From contig CM052816.1 of the NCBI GenBank assembly GCA_028534125.1, forward strand, positions 15,812,001 to 15,876,000: a stretch of DNA of 64,000 nucleotides, in the 5' to 3' direction. Shown piece by piece: positions 22,367 to 36,359 of this stretch. Every line of letters begins with the position of its first letter. Position 1 is the first letter of the stretch. The notes under the pieces are model-generated. The model had not been told where the DNA came from. It saw nothing but the letters and a program-made list of their open reading frames with translations, and did no database searches. Source of the DNA: Lama glama. Taxonomy: Eukaryota. The position numbers and the translations under genes were made by a program.

Positions 22367-22474
22367 TCAGAGAGCTCTCACAAATCAATAGAAAAGAGAG
22401 AAACAATTGAATTTAAAAATTAGGTAAGGGACACGCACAGAAATTTCATTTATGATTTTAAAAATCCAAATTAA

Positions 22475-23552
22475 TTGGCAATGACTTGTATATGATACCA
22501 AAAGCACAGGTAACAAAAGTAAAAATAGACAGGTGGGATTTTATCAAAATTTAAAACTTCTCTGTATCAAAGGACACAAACAATAGAGTGAAAAGGCAAT
22601 CTACAAAATGGGAAAAAATATTTGCAATCATAAATCTGATAAGGGTCCAGTATCCAGAATATATTTTTTAAAAACCCCCTACAGCTCAACAACAAAAACA
22701 CAGCTCAATTTTAAAATGGGCAAAGGACTTAAATAGACATTTCTCCACAGAAGATATACAAATGGCCAATAAACACACAAAAAGATGCTCAACATCACTA
22801 TTCATTAGGAAAATGCAGATCAAAACCACAATGAGATATCACTTCACATGCATTAAGATAACTGCTACTTAAAAAAATAGAAAAAACAAGTGTGTTGGTG
22901 AGGATGTGGAAAAAGTGGATCCCTCACACACTACTGGTAGGAATGTAAAATAGAACAGCTACTGTGGAAAACAGTATGGCTATTTCTCAAAAACTAAAAA
23001 AAATTATGATACGATACACTTCTAGATATGAAAGCAGGACTGAAAGCAGGCTCTCAAAGAAACATTTGCACACTCATGTTCACAGCGGCACTATTCCCAG
23101 TAGACAAAAGATGAAAGCAACCCAAATGTCCATCAGCCAATGAAAAGACACACAAAATATGGTATATACATACAATGGAATAGGATTCAGTCTTCAAAAG
23201 GAAGGAAATTCTGACACATGCTACAACATGAATGAATCTTGAAGACATTATGCTAAGTGACACAGGCCAGTGACAAAAACACAAATTTTGTATGATTCCA
23301 CGTATATGAAGTACCTAGAGTAGTCACATGCACAGAGATAGAAAGTAGAACTGGTTGCCAGAGGCTGGGGCCACGAGGAAGATGCTGAGTTTTTGTTTAA
23401 CGGGTACAGTGTTTTAGTTTGGGAAGATGACAAAGTTCTAGAGATTGGTTGCACAACAGGGTGAACAGGCTTAACACTACTGAACTGAACAGTTTAAAAT
23501 GGTTAAAATGGCCAGTTTTCTGCTATGTTTTTTACCACAATTAAAAAAAATT
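22475..23552 (+). mobile_element. L1 3'-end fragment (L1MA/MB-like) with 12-bp target-site duplication, inside an older L1 fragment (about 22290-23730)
   Basis: Degenerate ORF2 end and 3' UTR, A tail, TSD AATCCAAATTAA at 22463-22474 and 23553-23564. Confidence 0.88.
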
Positions 23553-24919
23553 AATCCAAATTAAAACAGCAATAAGACACCACTTATTTTAAACCTATCA
23601 GATTAATGAAGATTAAAACTTTGATAATGTGCAGTGTTGGTGAGGGCACACAGAGAGAGACACATTCATAAGCTATTAAAGGGGCTATAAATTGGTAAAC
23701 ATTTTGGGAGGGCAATTTGGCAGTATTTGAGGCCTTAACTCTGAGCTTCAGGCCCTCACCACAGTTGAGAGAGGCCAGGGTCTTGGGAGACGCAGGGACT
23801 AAGGGTCAGGAGACCCTATTCTCACCCAGCTCTGCCACATGAGCCACAAGACCCTTCGGTGCTGGCTTCACCTCTCCTACCCACCCCGACTCCACCCCAG
23901 CCAAGCCAGGCAGGGGTGAGAAAGCCCAGGCCTCTGAAGCCACAATCAATCACCTGGGTTAGGATCATGGTTCCTGCACTTCTTAACTATGTCACCTCAG
24001 GCAAGGGATCTGACCTCTTCCCCCACCTACAAAATGGGGATAATCACAACCCATTTCACAGAGTTGATAGGAGGATTAAATCAGTCAACGCAAGGGAAGT
24101 GACGAGACTCATGCCTGGCAATGAGCATAGCTTTTTTACATTGCAGAGAGAGTGATCTGAGAATTCCAAAACCTATACAGCATTATGTTTCTCAAAAGGT
24201 CAGGATCTATCCTGGGAGCTCTTCTCTGTCCTCTACACTACAATAAAAAAAAATCTGCATGGAAATCCAGAGACCACGATGGGCGACTTCCTTCTCTTCC
24301 CATCTGGAGGGCTTTCTGGCTTTCTCAGCCTGTCTGTCCACCCCCATGTGCAGGTCAGTCCAAAATGGACAAGTGGTTCCTGCCTTATTTCACCAAGCAG
24401 ACTGCCTACCCTTCACTCAACAAAGGTGCTGCTCTGTCAGGCCACCTGCAGAGCCCTGTGGGGCGCAGAGAGACCAGATGGGAAAAAGGAGAGCTTGGAA
24501 GGAGAGATCAAGTTGCTCCACTTGATAAACCTACATGAAGAAGGTGCAGGAGACAAAAGGGGGAAAATCACATGGAGAGAGCTTGAGAGTTCTGTGATTT
24601 GGATGTAAAAGCTTCCAGAGAAGCCAGGCCTATGGGGAAAGTGGAGGTGAGGAAGGGGCTTGGAGGAGAATGGAGAGGGGTGGCAGGGGTCTCCAGTGGA
24701 GCCCATCTGGTGCTCTGTGAGAGACACAATTGAGGGCACAATTGTTTGATTAATGACTGGCAGCTGGACTGTGCAGAGACTGACCCACAGGAGACCATGA
24801 TTCATGGCTGCCCCAGGAGAGCCCCCAAAGTGGGGAAGCCCTAGAGGAGGAGCCCCGGTTAAGGAATGATGTAGAAGGCAGGAGCTGGCCTCTTCCTCCT
24901 GCCCCAGCCCTGTCCTTTA

Positions 24920-25123
<204 letters not shown>

Positions 25124-26364
25124 TCAGGAGTTCATAGGCGCGGGTTTAATCCTGTCCCACTGGGATCTGCTTCACCAAAGGAAAACTGAGACCTGGCCAG
25201 AGTCACCAAATATGTAAGGGTAGAGCCAGGCTCTGGGCCCAGGTGAGTGCTCCTCTGCCTCCTTCCTTCCTCCCTTGCTGCAACTGGCATCAGCCCTCCA
25301 AGATCCTCCCCAGCAGGCTCAGGAGATGAGTGACCCTTGCACATGTGTCTGCACGTAGACAATCACCCGGACACCGCCCCTACTCCTACGGACTCTCACA
25401 TGCACACAGATCCACTAGACCAGGGGCAGCCTGGCCTCAGCTTCCCCGGCTTCATATAACACACACATTCTCTCACATTCATGCCCAGATGTGTCCAACG
25501 GCCATGGAGCCAGGATCACATCCAAAGACCAGCAGGAACACTGTCACAGACAAGTACACAATACACCCCACCTGCCACAGGACAGCTGGACCACTTTGTG
25601 CCATGTGGGCCCTGGGCTGTGTGCATATGCATGTGTGTGCAGACACAAGTGTGGTGTCAGTGTGAGTGTACAGCACATGTGTATATGCACAAACACGTGT
25701 GTGCTTGAATAGTATGTGTGCATGCAGCAGCTGTGTGCACTGTGTGTGCAGGCCAAGGGGCTCTGGGCATAAGCAGCAGCCCCGGGGCTCTGTGGAGAAG
25801 ACCCCAGTAGGAAAGGGCCCTGACAAGACAGGCAGTATAGAGCTGCCCTCCCCCTCCCCCTTGCAAGCAGTGGTCCACCATTTATCGTTTCCTCTCCCTC
25901 GAAAAACCCTGAAAACCTGGAGCATTGATGAGTTGGAGTTTTTTAAGGATTACAAATAACACATTTAAGGGTCGATGAGGGCAGCCAAAGAGCCCTGGAG
26001 GACAGGTCAGCCGAATCTCGCCTGTCCCTCTCTCGCTATGACACATACATTCTCTCCCAATCATGCCCAGACACACACGATGCCCACAGACCGCAACCAC
26101 ATCCACAGGACACACCGCCACGGCACACCCAGGCCACCCACCACAAGACAGCCAGGCCTCCGTGCAGTGTGTGGCCTCAGTCTTCCCATCTGTAAGTGGG
26201 GGTGGGGCGCAGGGGGGATGGAGGAGAGTATCTGCCCTTTCGACTTGTCTCTTAGCCCAGGACCAGGCGCCAGAGAGGAGCCGTGGTGGGGGCTGTTGAA
26301 TGGAGGGCTCGCCCAGGGAGGCAGCCTGGGGAGGTGGTGCTGTGATCCCCAGGGGAGGAGCTCA

Positions 26365-26547
<183 letters not shown>

Positions 26548-27094
26548 TCACAGCAGGACTCAACCCCTCACCCAGCACCCAGCACTAGCCTGGCACAGAG
26601 AGGGCACAAAGACCTCCGTATAGGTGGACAAAGGAGTGAAGAAAGATGGAGGATGGGGGCTGGATGGGCCTGGTCACGTCTGTGTAGTGACCAACACTTC
26701 GGTTTCAGCTCCCAGGCAAGACCTGGGTTTTCATGTGACAATGTAGCTGCCCAGCCAGGTCCAGGGCTAAAGGCCTGAAGCTAACGAGTCTTAGAGCCAG
26801 CAGGCCCGGGGGATTGTTAGAGGCAGCTGGGTAACTGGTCATCCCTACTCCACCCTCTTCTCCCTGCCCCACTGCCTCGCCAGGCGCCCACGCCTGTCCT
26901 GAGAGGTCACCTACTAGCCTCCTCCATTTTTAAGTTCATCTGATACATGAAACCCCAATCTTAAGTCACAGAAGGATGGGGAGCAGGGAGTGGAAAGCCT
27001 TAGAGGGAAACTGTCGGGTGAGTCTTACCCACCCATCCCCCTGACTTTTAAATGGAGGCTGATTCATAAAGGTTCCATCTGCCCCTTATATAGG

Positions 27095-27255
27095 GACTTC
27101 GTGCACATCAGAATCACGTGGAGGGCTTGTTAAAACATACTTGCTGGCCCATCCCCAGCATTTCTGACTCAGGAGGTCTCAGGTGGGACAAGAGAAACTG
27201 CATTTCTAACAAGTTTTCCAGGAGACGCTGAGGGGACCACACTTGAGCATCACTG
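27095..27255. mobile_element. MER5A hAT DNA transposon
   Basis: CATCAGAATCAC...GGAGGGCTTGTTAAAACA...TGCATTTCTAACAAG...GGACCACACTTGAG. Confidence 0.8.
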
Positions 27256-27425
27256 TTGTGGGGGAGGGACCCACGCTGTTGGTTTGTGCCAAGCAGATAC
27301 ACTGGCTCTCATGGCTGATGTGCAGGGGAAGCTGGGGGCGCCTCCCCTGAGGTGAAGGAGGGAGGGTGTGTGCAGTGTACATCCTGAGCCTAGGGTGAGA
27401 GAGAGGGGGTTCCCACTCCTACTTA

Positions 27426-27689
<264 letters not shown>

Positions 27690-27926
27690 CTATACATCCC
27701 ACCATTTTCCAGATGCTGCCACTCTGATGCCATGCCCACCCCAACAAGAATCACTAGGCATTCCTCCCAATACCCCAGTTGGTCTCAGAAGCCTGAACAG
27801 GCCTTACACTGGGTATCCTATGAACCCCTGGACACTTAAAAGACCCCTCCCTGAAACCACCAAAGCCCTGGGTAAGCCCAAGTCAGACCCCTGATGGGGG
27901 AGGACCCATGATCTGCCTAAGCCCTA

Positions 27927-28157
<231 letters not shown>

Positions 28158-28223
28158 CTACATATCTGCCTACATGTGCATTCCCAGGGGAGTGGCTAAG
28201 CGGGCATGGACCCCCCTGGACTA

Positions 28224-28622
<399 letters not shown>

Positions 28623-29442
28623 TCAGTTCTGACCCCTGTCCTCTGAGCTTTGACCTTTGGCCTCCAAGCTCCAATCCTCACCCCTGGACACAAAGTTGGA
28701 GACCTTACTACCTCCAGGCTTCCTTCCTGGTCTTCCATCTCCTCTCTCCAACCCTGAGTTGTCCAGCCCCAGGAAGCAGTGCCACAGGTGACAAGCAATG
28801 CCAAGACTGAAGCTGCTGCCCATACCCCAGGGACATGCTGGCGGGGGAAGGCTAGTAAATGAGGCCCCTAAAGTCTAGGTTCCCCATTGAAGCCCTGGTC
28901 AAAGAACACCAGATATCCCCAGTTGGGTTGGGGTTCGTAACAATCCCTGCCTGCCTGAGACTCCTACGTGGACCCAAAGACCCAGGCTGCCCTAGGGAGT
29001 ACAGCAGGGTGGGGCAGCAACTTTCCCCAGGAGCCTCTTAGTCTCCCCAGCCAGCAAGGTCGCCACACCTCTTTCCAGATGGCTGGGCATCTCCAGGTCT
29101 CACTGCCCTCGCTGAGGCAGAAGTTAGGGGTTAGTCACCTCCCCCCACTGCCAAGAGCAGTCACCATCTAAACATGTTCATGTCACTGGGGTTGCAGAGG
29201 GGCTCATACCTCGTGCCTGCCTACCCCCCAGAGGAGAAATAGCTATCATCTTTGGAAATAGTGGCAGTATCCCCTGTACATAAAACCAGTTGTGGACATC
29301 AAGGAACTAAAGTTACAGTTCAATATATTCCATAGCTGTAAACATTACACACTTTTTATCGAGACAGAAAATGAACCCAAAGGGGAACTCAACACCCGGA
29401 GCTGGCCAGCTGGACAGGGGTCACCAGGGCCTGGTGGGAGAA

Positions 29443-29459
29443 ATCAGCACCATGGAGAG
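29443..29459 (+). promoter_or_regulatory. RE1/NRSE (REST) motif
   Basis: ATCAGCACCATGGAGAG fits NTYAGMRCCNNRGMSAG at every position. Confidence 0.55.
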
Positions 29460-29550
29460 TAACAGGAGTGCCTTCCCTATACCCCTAGCTACTCCCACTT
29501 CTTCCCAGTAATTCAGTCTTCCCATGCCTATGCCCATGAGCACTACTCAC

Positions 29551-29594
29551 ATGGCCCATTCCAGCTTTTCATTCTTGATGGAGTTATAAAGGGT
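29551..29594 (-). CDS. PSD2: PSD2 exon, end of Sec7 (TLYNSIKNEKLEWA)
   Basis: Acceptor TCCCAG, donor GTGAGT; 44 nt. Confidence 0.95.
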
Positions 29595-29734
29595 CTGGGA
29601 GAGGGGAAAAGAGAGAGAGAAGAGTTCAATGAAGTCAAAGAAATCTCCATCTACCTCTAGCAACGTAGATGCAGTGAGGGAGCACCTTTTCAGCCAGCAG
29701 GGCAAAGTGGGTATTTGATTCACACTTGTTTATA

Positions 29735-30060
29735 GGATGGGTGAATGAATGGGGGAAGAGTGGGTGGATTATTGTTTAGATGATTGGGTAGACTTAAGGA
29801 TGAGTGGGTGGATGGGTCGGTAGATTGGTGAATAGGTGGGGAAATGGGTGGGTGAATATGTATGTAGGTACATGGATGCAGAGTGTTATAGAGGACTGTG
29901 TAGAAGTGTATATGTGGGTGATGGATGAATGAGTCAGTGTGTAGGCAGGTAAATGACTGAGTTGCAGGGTGGGTGGGTGGGTGGAAGGATAGATGTATGG
30001 GAGAATGAGTAGATGAGTGGATGGGGACATAGGGAGAAGTAGATAGGTGGGTGAAGGGAC
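29735..30060. repeat. Degenerate (TGGA/TGGG/TGAA)n simple repeat
   Basis: Direct reading. Confidence 0.8.
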
Positions 30061-30730
30061 TGGGATTATTTGATCCCACTAAAAATACACTCTTAACAAG
30101 TGCTTCCTGACAGTGAAGAAGATAATTATGGTTAAAAAAAAAAGAGTGATGGAGACAATGTTTATTTTTTAACCACCAGATTCACTACTCAACTGTACAC
30201 CTGATATCATCAGGTCCTCCCAACTCACTTTCTAAAACTGAACTCATCATCTATCCCCCAAAAACCTGCTCCTGTTCCTCCACGGTAGAGAACTGACCAG
30301 GCTGGAAAGGCCAGAGTTCCACCCTGGTCTTCAGTCTTAAAAGAAAACTAGATTCCCTTAACTCCTGGTGATATTGAAGGAATGAGTGGGCATTTCCCTG
30401 TGGTGATGATAATGGTGGTTGTGGTGAAGATGGTAGTGGTGATAAAGGGTGGTGACGGCGGAGGCAGCTATGGCAGTGGGTGGCAGTTTTGAAGATTACC
30501 ATGACAGCAATAATCATAGTGGAGCACTAAAAACAACTCTCACAAAGCCTACCCCTCCGCCTAACTCAGGGAACACGTAACAATCCAGTGTTGAGCTGGA
30601 TAGTCTCTACCTCTGTCCCAGAGTCATCACAGTCCTGACCCCTGTATTAAGAATCTGGACTACCAGGATTTAGTGGGGCAGAAACCTCTCTCCTCCCCAC
30701 CTACCCTGGACACAGCTGAGTGCATGGTTA

Positions 30731-30973
<243 letters not shown>

Positions 30974-31069
30974 TTACAAAACTCTTTTTGACACTCCAGA
31001 TTCTATTTGATCCTCCAGCATTATGAGAGGTTGGGGTTCTTCTCAAATCCAGATGAAGGAGGCAGGTTA

Positions 31070-31380
31070 GATGAAGTACTGTAACAGCTGACATGTGCCA
31101 GGTGCCGAGCATGTTGCAGGTATTGTGCTTGACATGCATTATCTATTTCCTTCTCACAATGAAGAGAAGGTGAGGTGAGTGTTATTATCATCCCCATTCA
31201 ACAGGTAAGGAAACTGAGGTGCAGGAAGGTGAAGTGACGTGCCCATGATCACACAGCAAGGAAGTAGAAGGGCTGAGTGTGTCTGACACCAAAGCCCGTG
31301 CTCTCACCCGCTACTCCATGGTTAACTCTCCCAAGGTCACACAGCACCAGGACTTGAACCCAGGACTCTTGGCTCCTGAG
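31070..31380. mobile_element. MIR SINE
   Basis: TTATTATCATCCCCATT...AGGAAACTGAGG...GAAGTGACGTGCCCATGATCACACAGC. Confidence 0.75.
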
Positions 31381-32299
31381 CAGAAGCTCTGTGTATTCCG
31401 TCACAATTGTCTCACCCTCTCACCTGTACAGAGGGGCGGCAAGACCTCCAAGAGGTAGGTGAAGTGAGGGAGAGTTTGGTCTTAAAAGAATCAAAAATTA
31501 ATTTCCACCAACATACATGGGTACCACATGCTGAGCTGCACTGGGACCAAAGGAACCCAAGCAGATGGTTTCACTCCAGGAGGCACAAATAGACAAAGAG
31601 CTGGGAATGACTGGACCCCAAAGTTCTGTCTTCTTTTTTAAGTCACTGAGTAGAGGAGGGGCTTCAGCCATCCACACCCAACACCTGAGGTGCATACTTT
31701 CAGACTTTCCTTGCAGGGTCCACATTTGAGGAAACTTCACCTTTGTGAAGACAAAGACCATGGAACACCAGATATTTACTGGTGTAGGACTTTGTGGATT
31801 TAGGTTTGCTATAAGGCAGTGTTTCCCAAGATTCACCTACAGATGGGAATAGGAATCCCCCCTAAAAAGGATTTCATAATCAAATGAGTTAATTTACATG
31901 TTTCATGTGCTTCTGTTTGTTGAGAATCTCCAAGGAGAGGATTCCATGTACAGTTTCCCAAATGTATTGACCTTAGCACCATTTCAGCAAAGAGAATCTA
32001 TGAACATCATGTGGGACATTCACACATCACAGAAAATAACTCAGAAAACAATGATATAAAGCTTTATAAGTAGGTGACAAGCAAGAATTTTCTACACCTT
32101 TTCCAAAGGGTTAAGAAAAATGATCCTATATGTACCTTAATATAGTATGTTTCATATGTATATTTTACATGTACATATATGTATGTATATATATATGTAT
32201 ATAGTCACTTACGTGCACATTCATAATTGAGGAGTATGAAGGCAATACTGATGATATTGTCTGAGTTCCACACACTCAGCCATCAGTAAGGGGTACAAA

Positions 32300-35200
32300 A
32301 TCAAAAAATAACCAGGCAAGATTTCCAATCTGAGTAATGGTAGACTATCTTGTTGCAGATGAACCTTCTCATCAGAAACAACTGCTGGTCAGAATACTAA
32401 TAAAACATCTGTGTGAAGACACTGGAGAAATAGAAGAGCAGTGAGGACTTCAAGGGTAAAGACTGGGCAAAGAAGGGAAGCATGGAGAGAGGAGCAGCTT
32501 TTATTCGAAGCATTTGTCAATTCTCAAGCCATGCCAAAAGGCTGAGCAACTAAGTGGTCAAGAATAAAAACAAAAACAAAGAACAAAAATTGGAATTCAG
32601 GGCCCACCAAATACAAGGAGCCCTGGGAAACCCCCCAATCATACTTCAACCAAAAAAAGTTGAAATTAAGACAGGAGATACTAAAGGGGGTTCTTCAGAC
32701 AGAAAGAAAGTTATTGTAAATGGAAGCATAGAGAAGCAGAAAGGAATGAAAAGCAACAAAAACAGTGGCTAAATCTAAATGAACATTGACAAAGCAATGA
32801 TAATAAAATATTCCAGGGAATAAAATATAGAAAAAGATATAATAGTTAAAAGGATGATAACAATAGTATATGAGTTGAGAGGATGATAAAGTGTTGTAAG
32901 ATTATTTCATTCCCCAGCATGTGGTTAAAGTCAGTGATGCATATTGCAAACCACAACAAGAATTCTAAAAGAATTCACAACTAACAAGCTAATGGGGAAG
33001 ATGAAACTCTACAAAAAAATTAAATAATCCAAAATAGTCAATAAAGGAGAAGAAAAAAGCAACAAGAACAGATGAGTCAAAGAGAAAAGAAAGAGTACCC
33101 TGATATGTTTGAAATCAAATATATCAGTAATTCATTAAATGGTCAAATTAAAAGGCAAAGATTATCAGACTTGATTTTTGTAAAATATATGATACAAGAG
33201 ACCCCTCTTAAGTACAAGGGAACAGAAATCTTGGAAGCAAAAGGATAGAAACATATTTTCTACTACAGAAGAACTCCAGTATAACTATACTGACAAGTGA
33301 CAAAATAGACTTGAAGGCAAGAAGCCTTACTACTAATAAAGAAAGATATTTCAAAATGATAAAAGGGTCAATCTACCAGAAGATATAAGCATCCTAAATT
33401 TGTATGCACCTAATAACATAGTCTCAAAAAATAAAAGACAAAAATTGACAGAACTGAAAAAGAAAGATATTGACAATCTTGGTTGGGAGATTTTAACACT
33501 ACTCTCTCAGTAACAGGAAGAACAAGAATTCTAAAGAATTAATTTGGTAACAATAATCAATTAATTAATGCCAACAAATTAGACAACCTTGATGAAATGA
33601 ACAAATTCCTAGAAACACTCAAACTACCAGAACTGGCTAAAGCAGAAATAGTAAATCTAAACAGACCTAAAAAGAAATAAAGAGATTGAATCAGTTATCA
33701 AAAACCTCACAAAAGGAAAGCTTCACTAGTGAACTTTACCAAACATTTAAAGAAAAATTAACACCAGTACTTCTCAAGCTCTTTGCAAAAACTGAAAAAA
33801 GAAGCAACACTTCCTAACTCATTCTATAAGGCCAGCATTATCTTGATACCAAAACCAGACAAAGAAATCACAAGAAAATAAAATGATGAACCAATATCCC
33901 TAATAAATTTAAATGTAAAAACCCTCAACAAAATACTGGTAAACAGCAGCATATCAAAAGGATTATATACCATGACCAAGTGGAATGCATCCCAGGAATG
34001 CTAGGGTGGTTCAACATATAAAACTCTATTAACATAATACACCACATTAACAGAATGAATGGGGGGAAACATGTGATCATTTCAATTGATACAGAAAAAG
34101 CAATTGGCAAGATTCAACTTTTTTTTCATGATTTAGAAAAAAAACCACTCAACAAACTAGGAATAGAAGAGAACTTCCTCAGTGTGATAAAGGGAATTTA
34201 TGAAAACCCACAGCTAATGTCATACATCATGGTGAAAGACTGAAAGCATTTCTCCTAAGATCAGGCAAAGGCAAGGATACCCACTTTTCCCATTTCTATT
34301 CAATACTGTAGTGGAAGTTCGAACTAGAGCAATTAGAGCCAACACTAAGAAACTCCTAGAAGAAAACATAGGGCTAAATCTTCATGACCTTGTATTTGGC
34401 AATGGTTTCTTAGATATGCCAACACACACACAACAAAAGAAAAAACAGATAAAATGGATTGCATCAAAATTAAAGGCTTTTGTGCATCAAAAGACACTGT
34501 CAAGAGAGTGAAAAGACAATCCACAGAATGGGAATATTTTTGTTAACTATATATCTGATAAGGGTACAAAATCCAGAACATATAAAGAACTCTTAGAACT
34601 CAACAACAAAAACACAAACAATCCAATTTAAAAATATACATTTCTCCAAAGAAGGTATACAAATGATCAGTAAGTATAAGAAAAGATGCTCAACATTACT
34701 AATCATTAGGGAAATTCAGATCAAAACCATTATACGACATAACTTGGCTACTATCAAAAAACAGAAAATATCAAGCGTTGGTAAGGATGTGGAGAAACTA
34801 GAAACCTTGTGCACTGCTGGTGGGAATGTAAAATGGTGCAGTCATTATGGAAAACAATATGGCTGTTCCTCAAAAAGTGAAAAATAACATCACCATATGA
34901 TCCAGCAATCCCACTTCTAGGTATATACCCAAGAGAATTAAAAGCACAGTCTCAAAGAAATATTTGCACATCCATGTTTACAGCAGCATTATTCACAGTA
35001 GCCAAAAGATGGAAGCAACCCAAATGTTCATGAGCAGATGAAAGGATAAACAAAATGTGGTATATACATACAGTGGAATAGTATTCAGTCCTAAAAAGGA
35101 AGGAATTTCTGCCACATGCTACAACATGGAGGAACCTTGAGGACATTATGCTAAGTGACATAATCCAGTCACAGAAATATAAATTCTATATGATTCCACT

Positions 35201-36240
35201 TACATGAGGCATCTAGAGTCATCAAATTCATAGAGACAAAAAGTAAAATGGTGGTTGCCAACAGCTGGGGGGATCAGGGAATGGGAAGTTGTGCAATGGG
35301 TACAGAGTTTCAGTTTGGGAAGATGAAAAAGTTCTGGAGATGGGGTGCACAACAATGTGAATAGACTTAATACTACTGAACTATATACTTTAAAGTAGTG
35401 ATGATGGTAAATTTTATGTTATGCTTATTTTACCACAATTTTTACCATAATTTTTAATAAAAATTAAATTTTTTTTTAAAATGGGCAAAGCACTTGAATA
35501 GACATTTCACCAAAGAAGATATACAAATGGCCAACAAGCACATGAACAGATACTCAACATCATTGGTCATTAAGGAAATACAGATCAAAACCAAAATAAG
35601 ATACTTCATACTGACTAGAATAGCTATCTCTAAAAATAAAAAAAAAAGAGAGAAGAAAAGAAAAGAAGTGTTTCAAGAAAGTGAAGAAATTGAAACCCTT
35701 ATGCACTGCTAGTGGGAATTTTAAATGGTTTAGCCACTATGAAAACAGTTCCACATTTCCTGAAAAAGTTAAACATGGAATTACCATGTGATGCAGCTGG
35801 TCTTCTCTTAGGAATTGAAAACAGGTGTTCAAACAAAAATTGTACATAAATGTTCATAGTAGCACTATTCACAGTACCCAAAAGGTGGAAACAATCCAAA
35901 TATCCATTAACAGACAAATGGATACACAGAATGTGGCATATTCATGCAATGGAATATTATTTGACCATAAAAAGGAATGAAATACTGACACATGATATAA
36001 CATGGGTTAACCTTGGAAACATTACACTAAGTAAAAGGAGCCAGACACAAAAGGCTACATATTGTATGCATCCATTTACATTAAACATTCAGAATAGGCA
36101 AATCCATAGAAACAGAGCAAATCAGTCGTTGCCAGGGCCTGGAGGAAGGAGAGAATGAGGAGTGACCGCTAATAGGTACAGGATTTCCTTTGGGGGTGCT
36201 GAAAATATTCTGGAACCAGAGAGCAGTGATGGTTGCACAC
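32300..36240 (+). mobile_element. Composite of decayed L1 fragments (ORF2 remnants and two 3' ends), antisense to PSD2
   Basis: A-rich; short broken ORFs resembling L1 ORF2 ([43 protein letters not shown]). Confidence 0.88.
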
Positions 36241-36359
36241 TCATCTTTCTTTCAGCTTTGAAGCTCATGGCACAGCTTCTCCCACCATCTCCTCCCCTCT
36301 CTCTACTGGCCTCATCCGAGATGCTTCTCCTTCCCTCACCCCAACATTCACTCCATTAA

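Noticed and set aside
25400..25760. Cys/His/Val-rich ORFs here and at 6987-7325
   Set aside because: Translations of degenerate CA/TG low-complexity sequence
33600..36160. Short ORFs resembling reverse transcriptase / L1 ORF2
   Set aside because: Fragmented, frameshifted L1 remnants, not a gene or an active element
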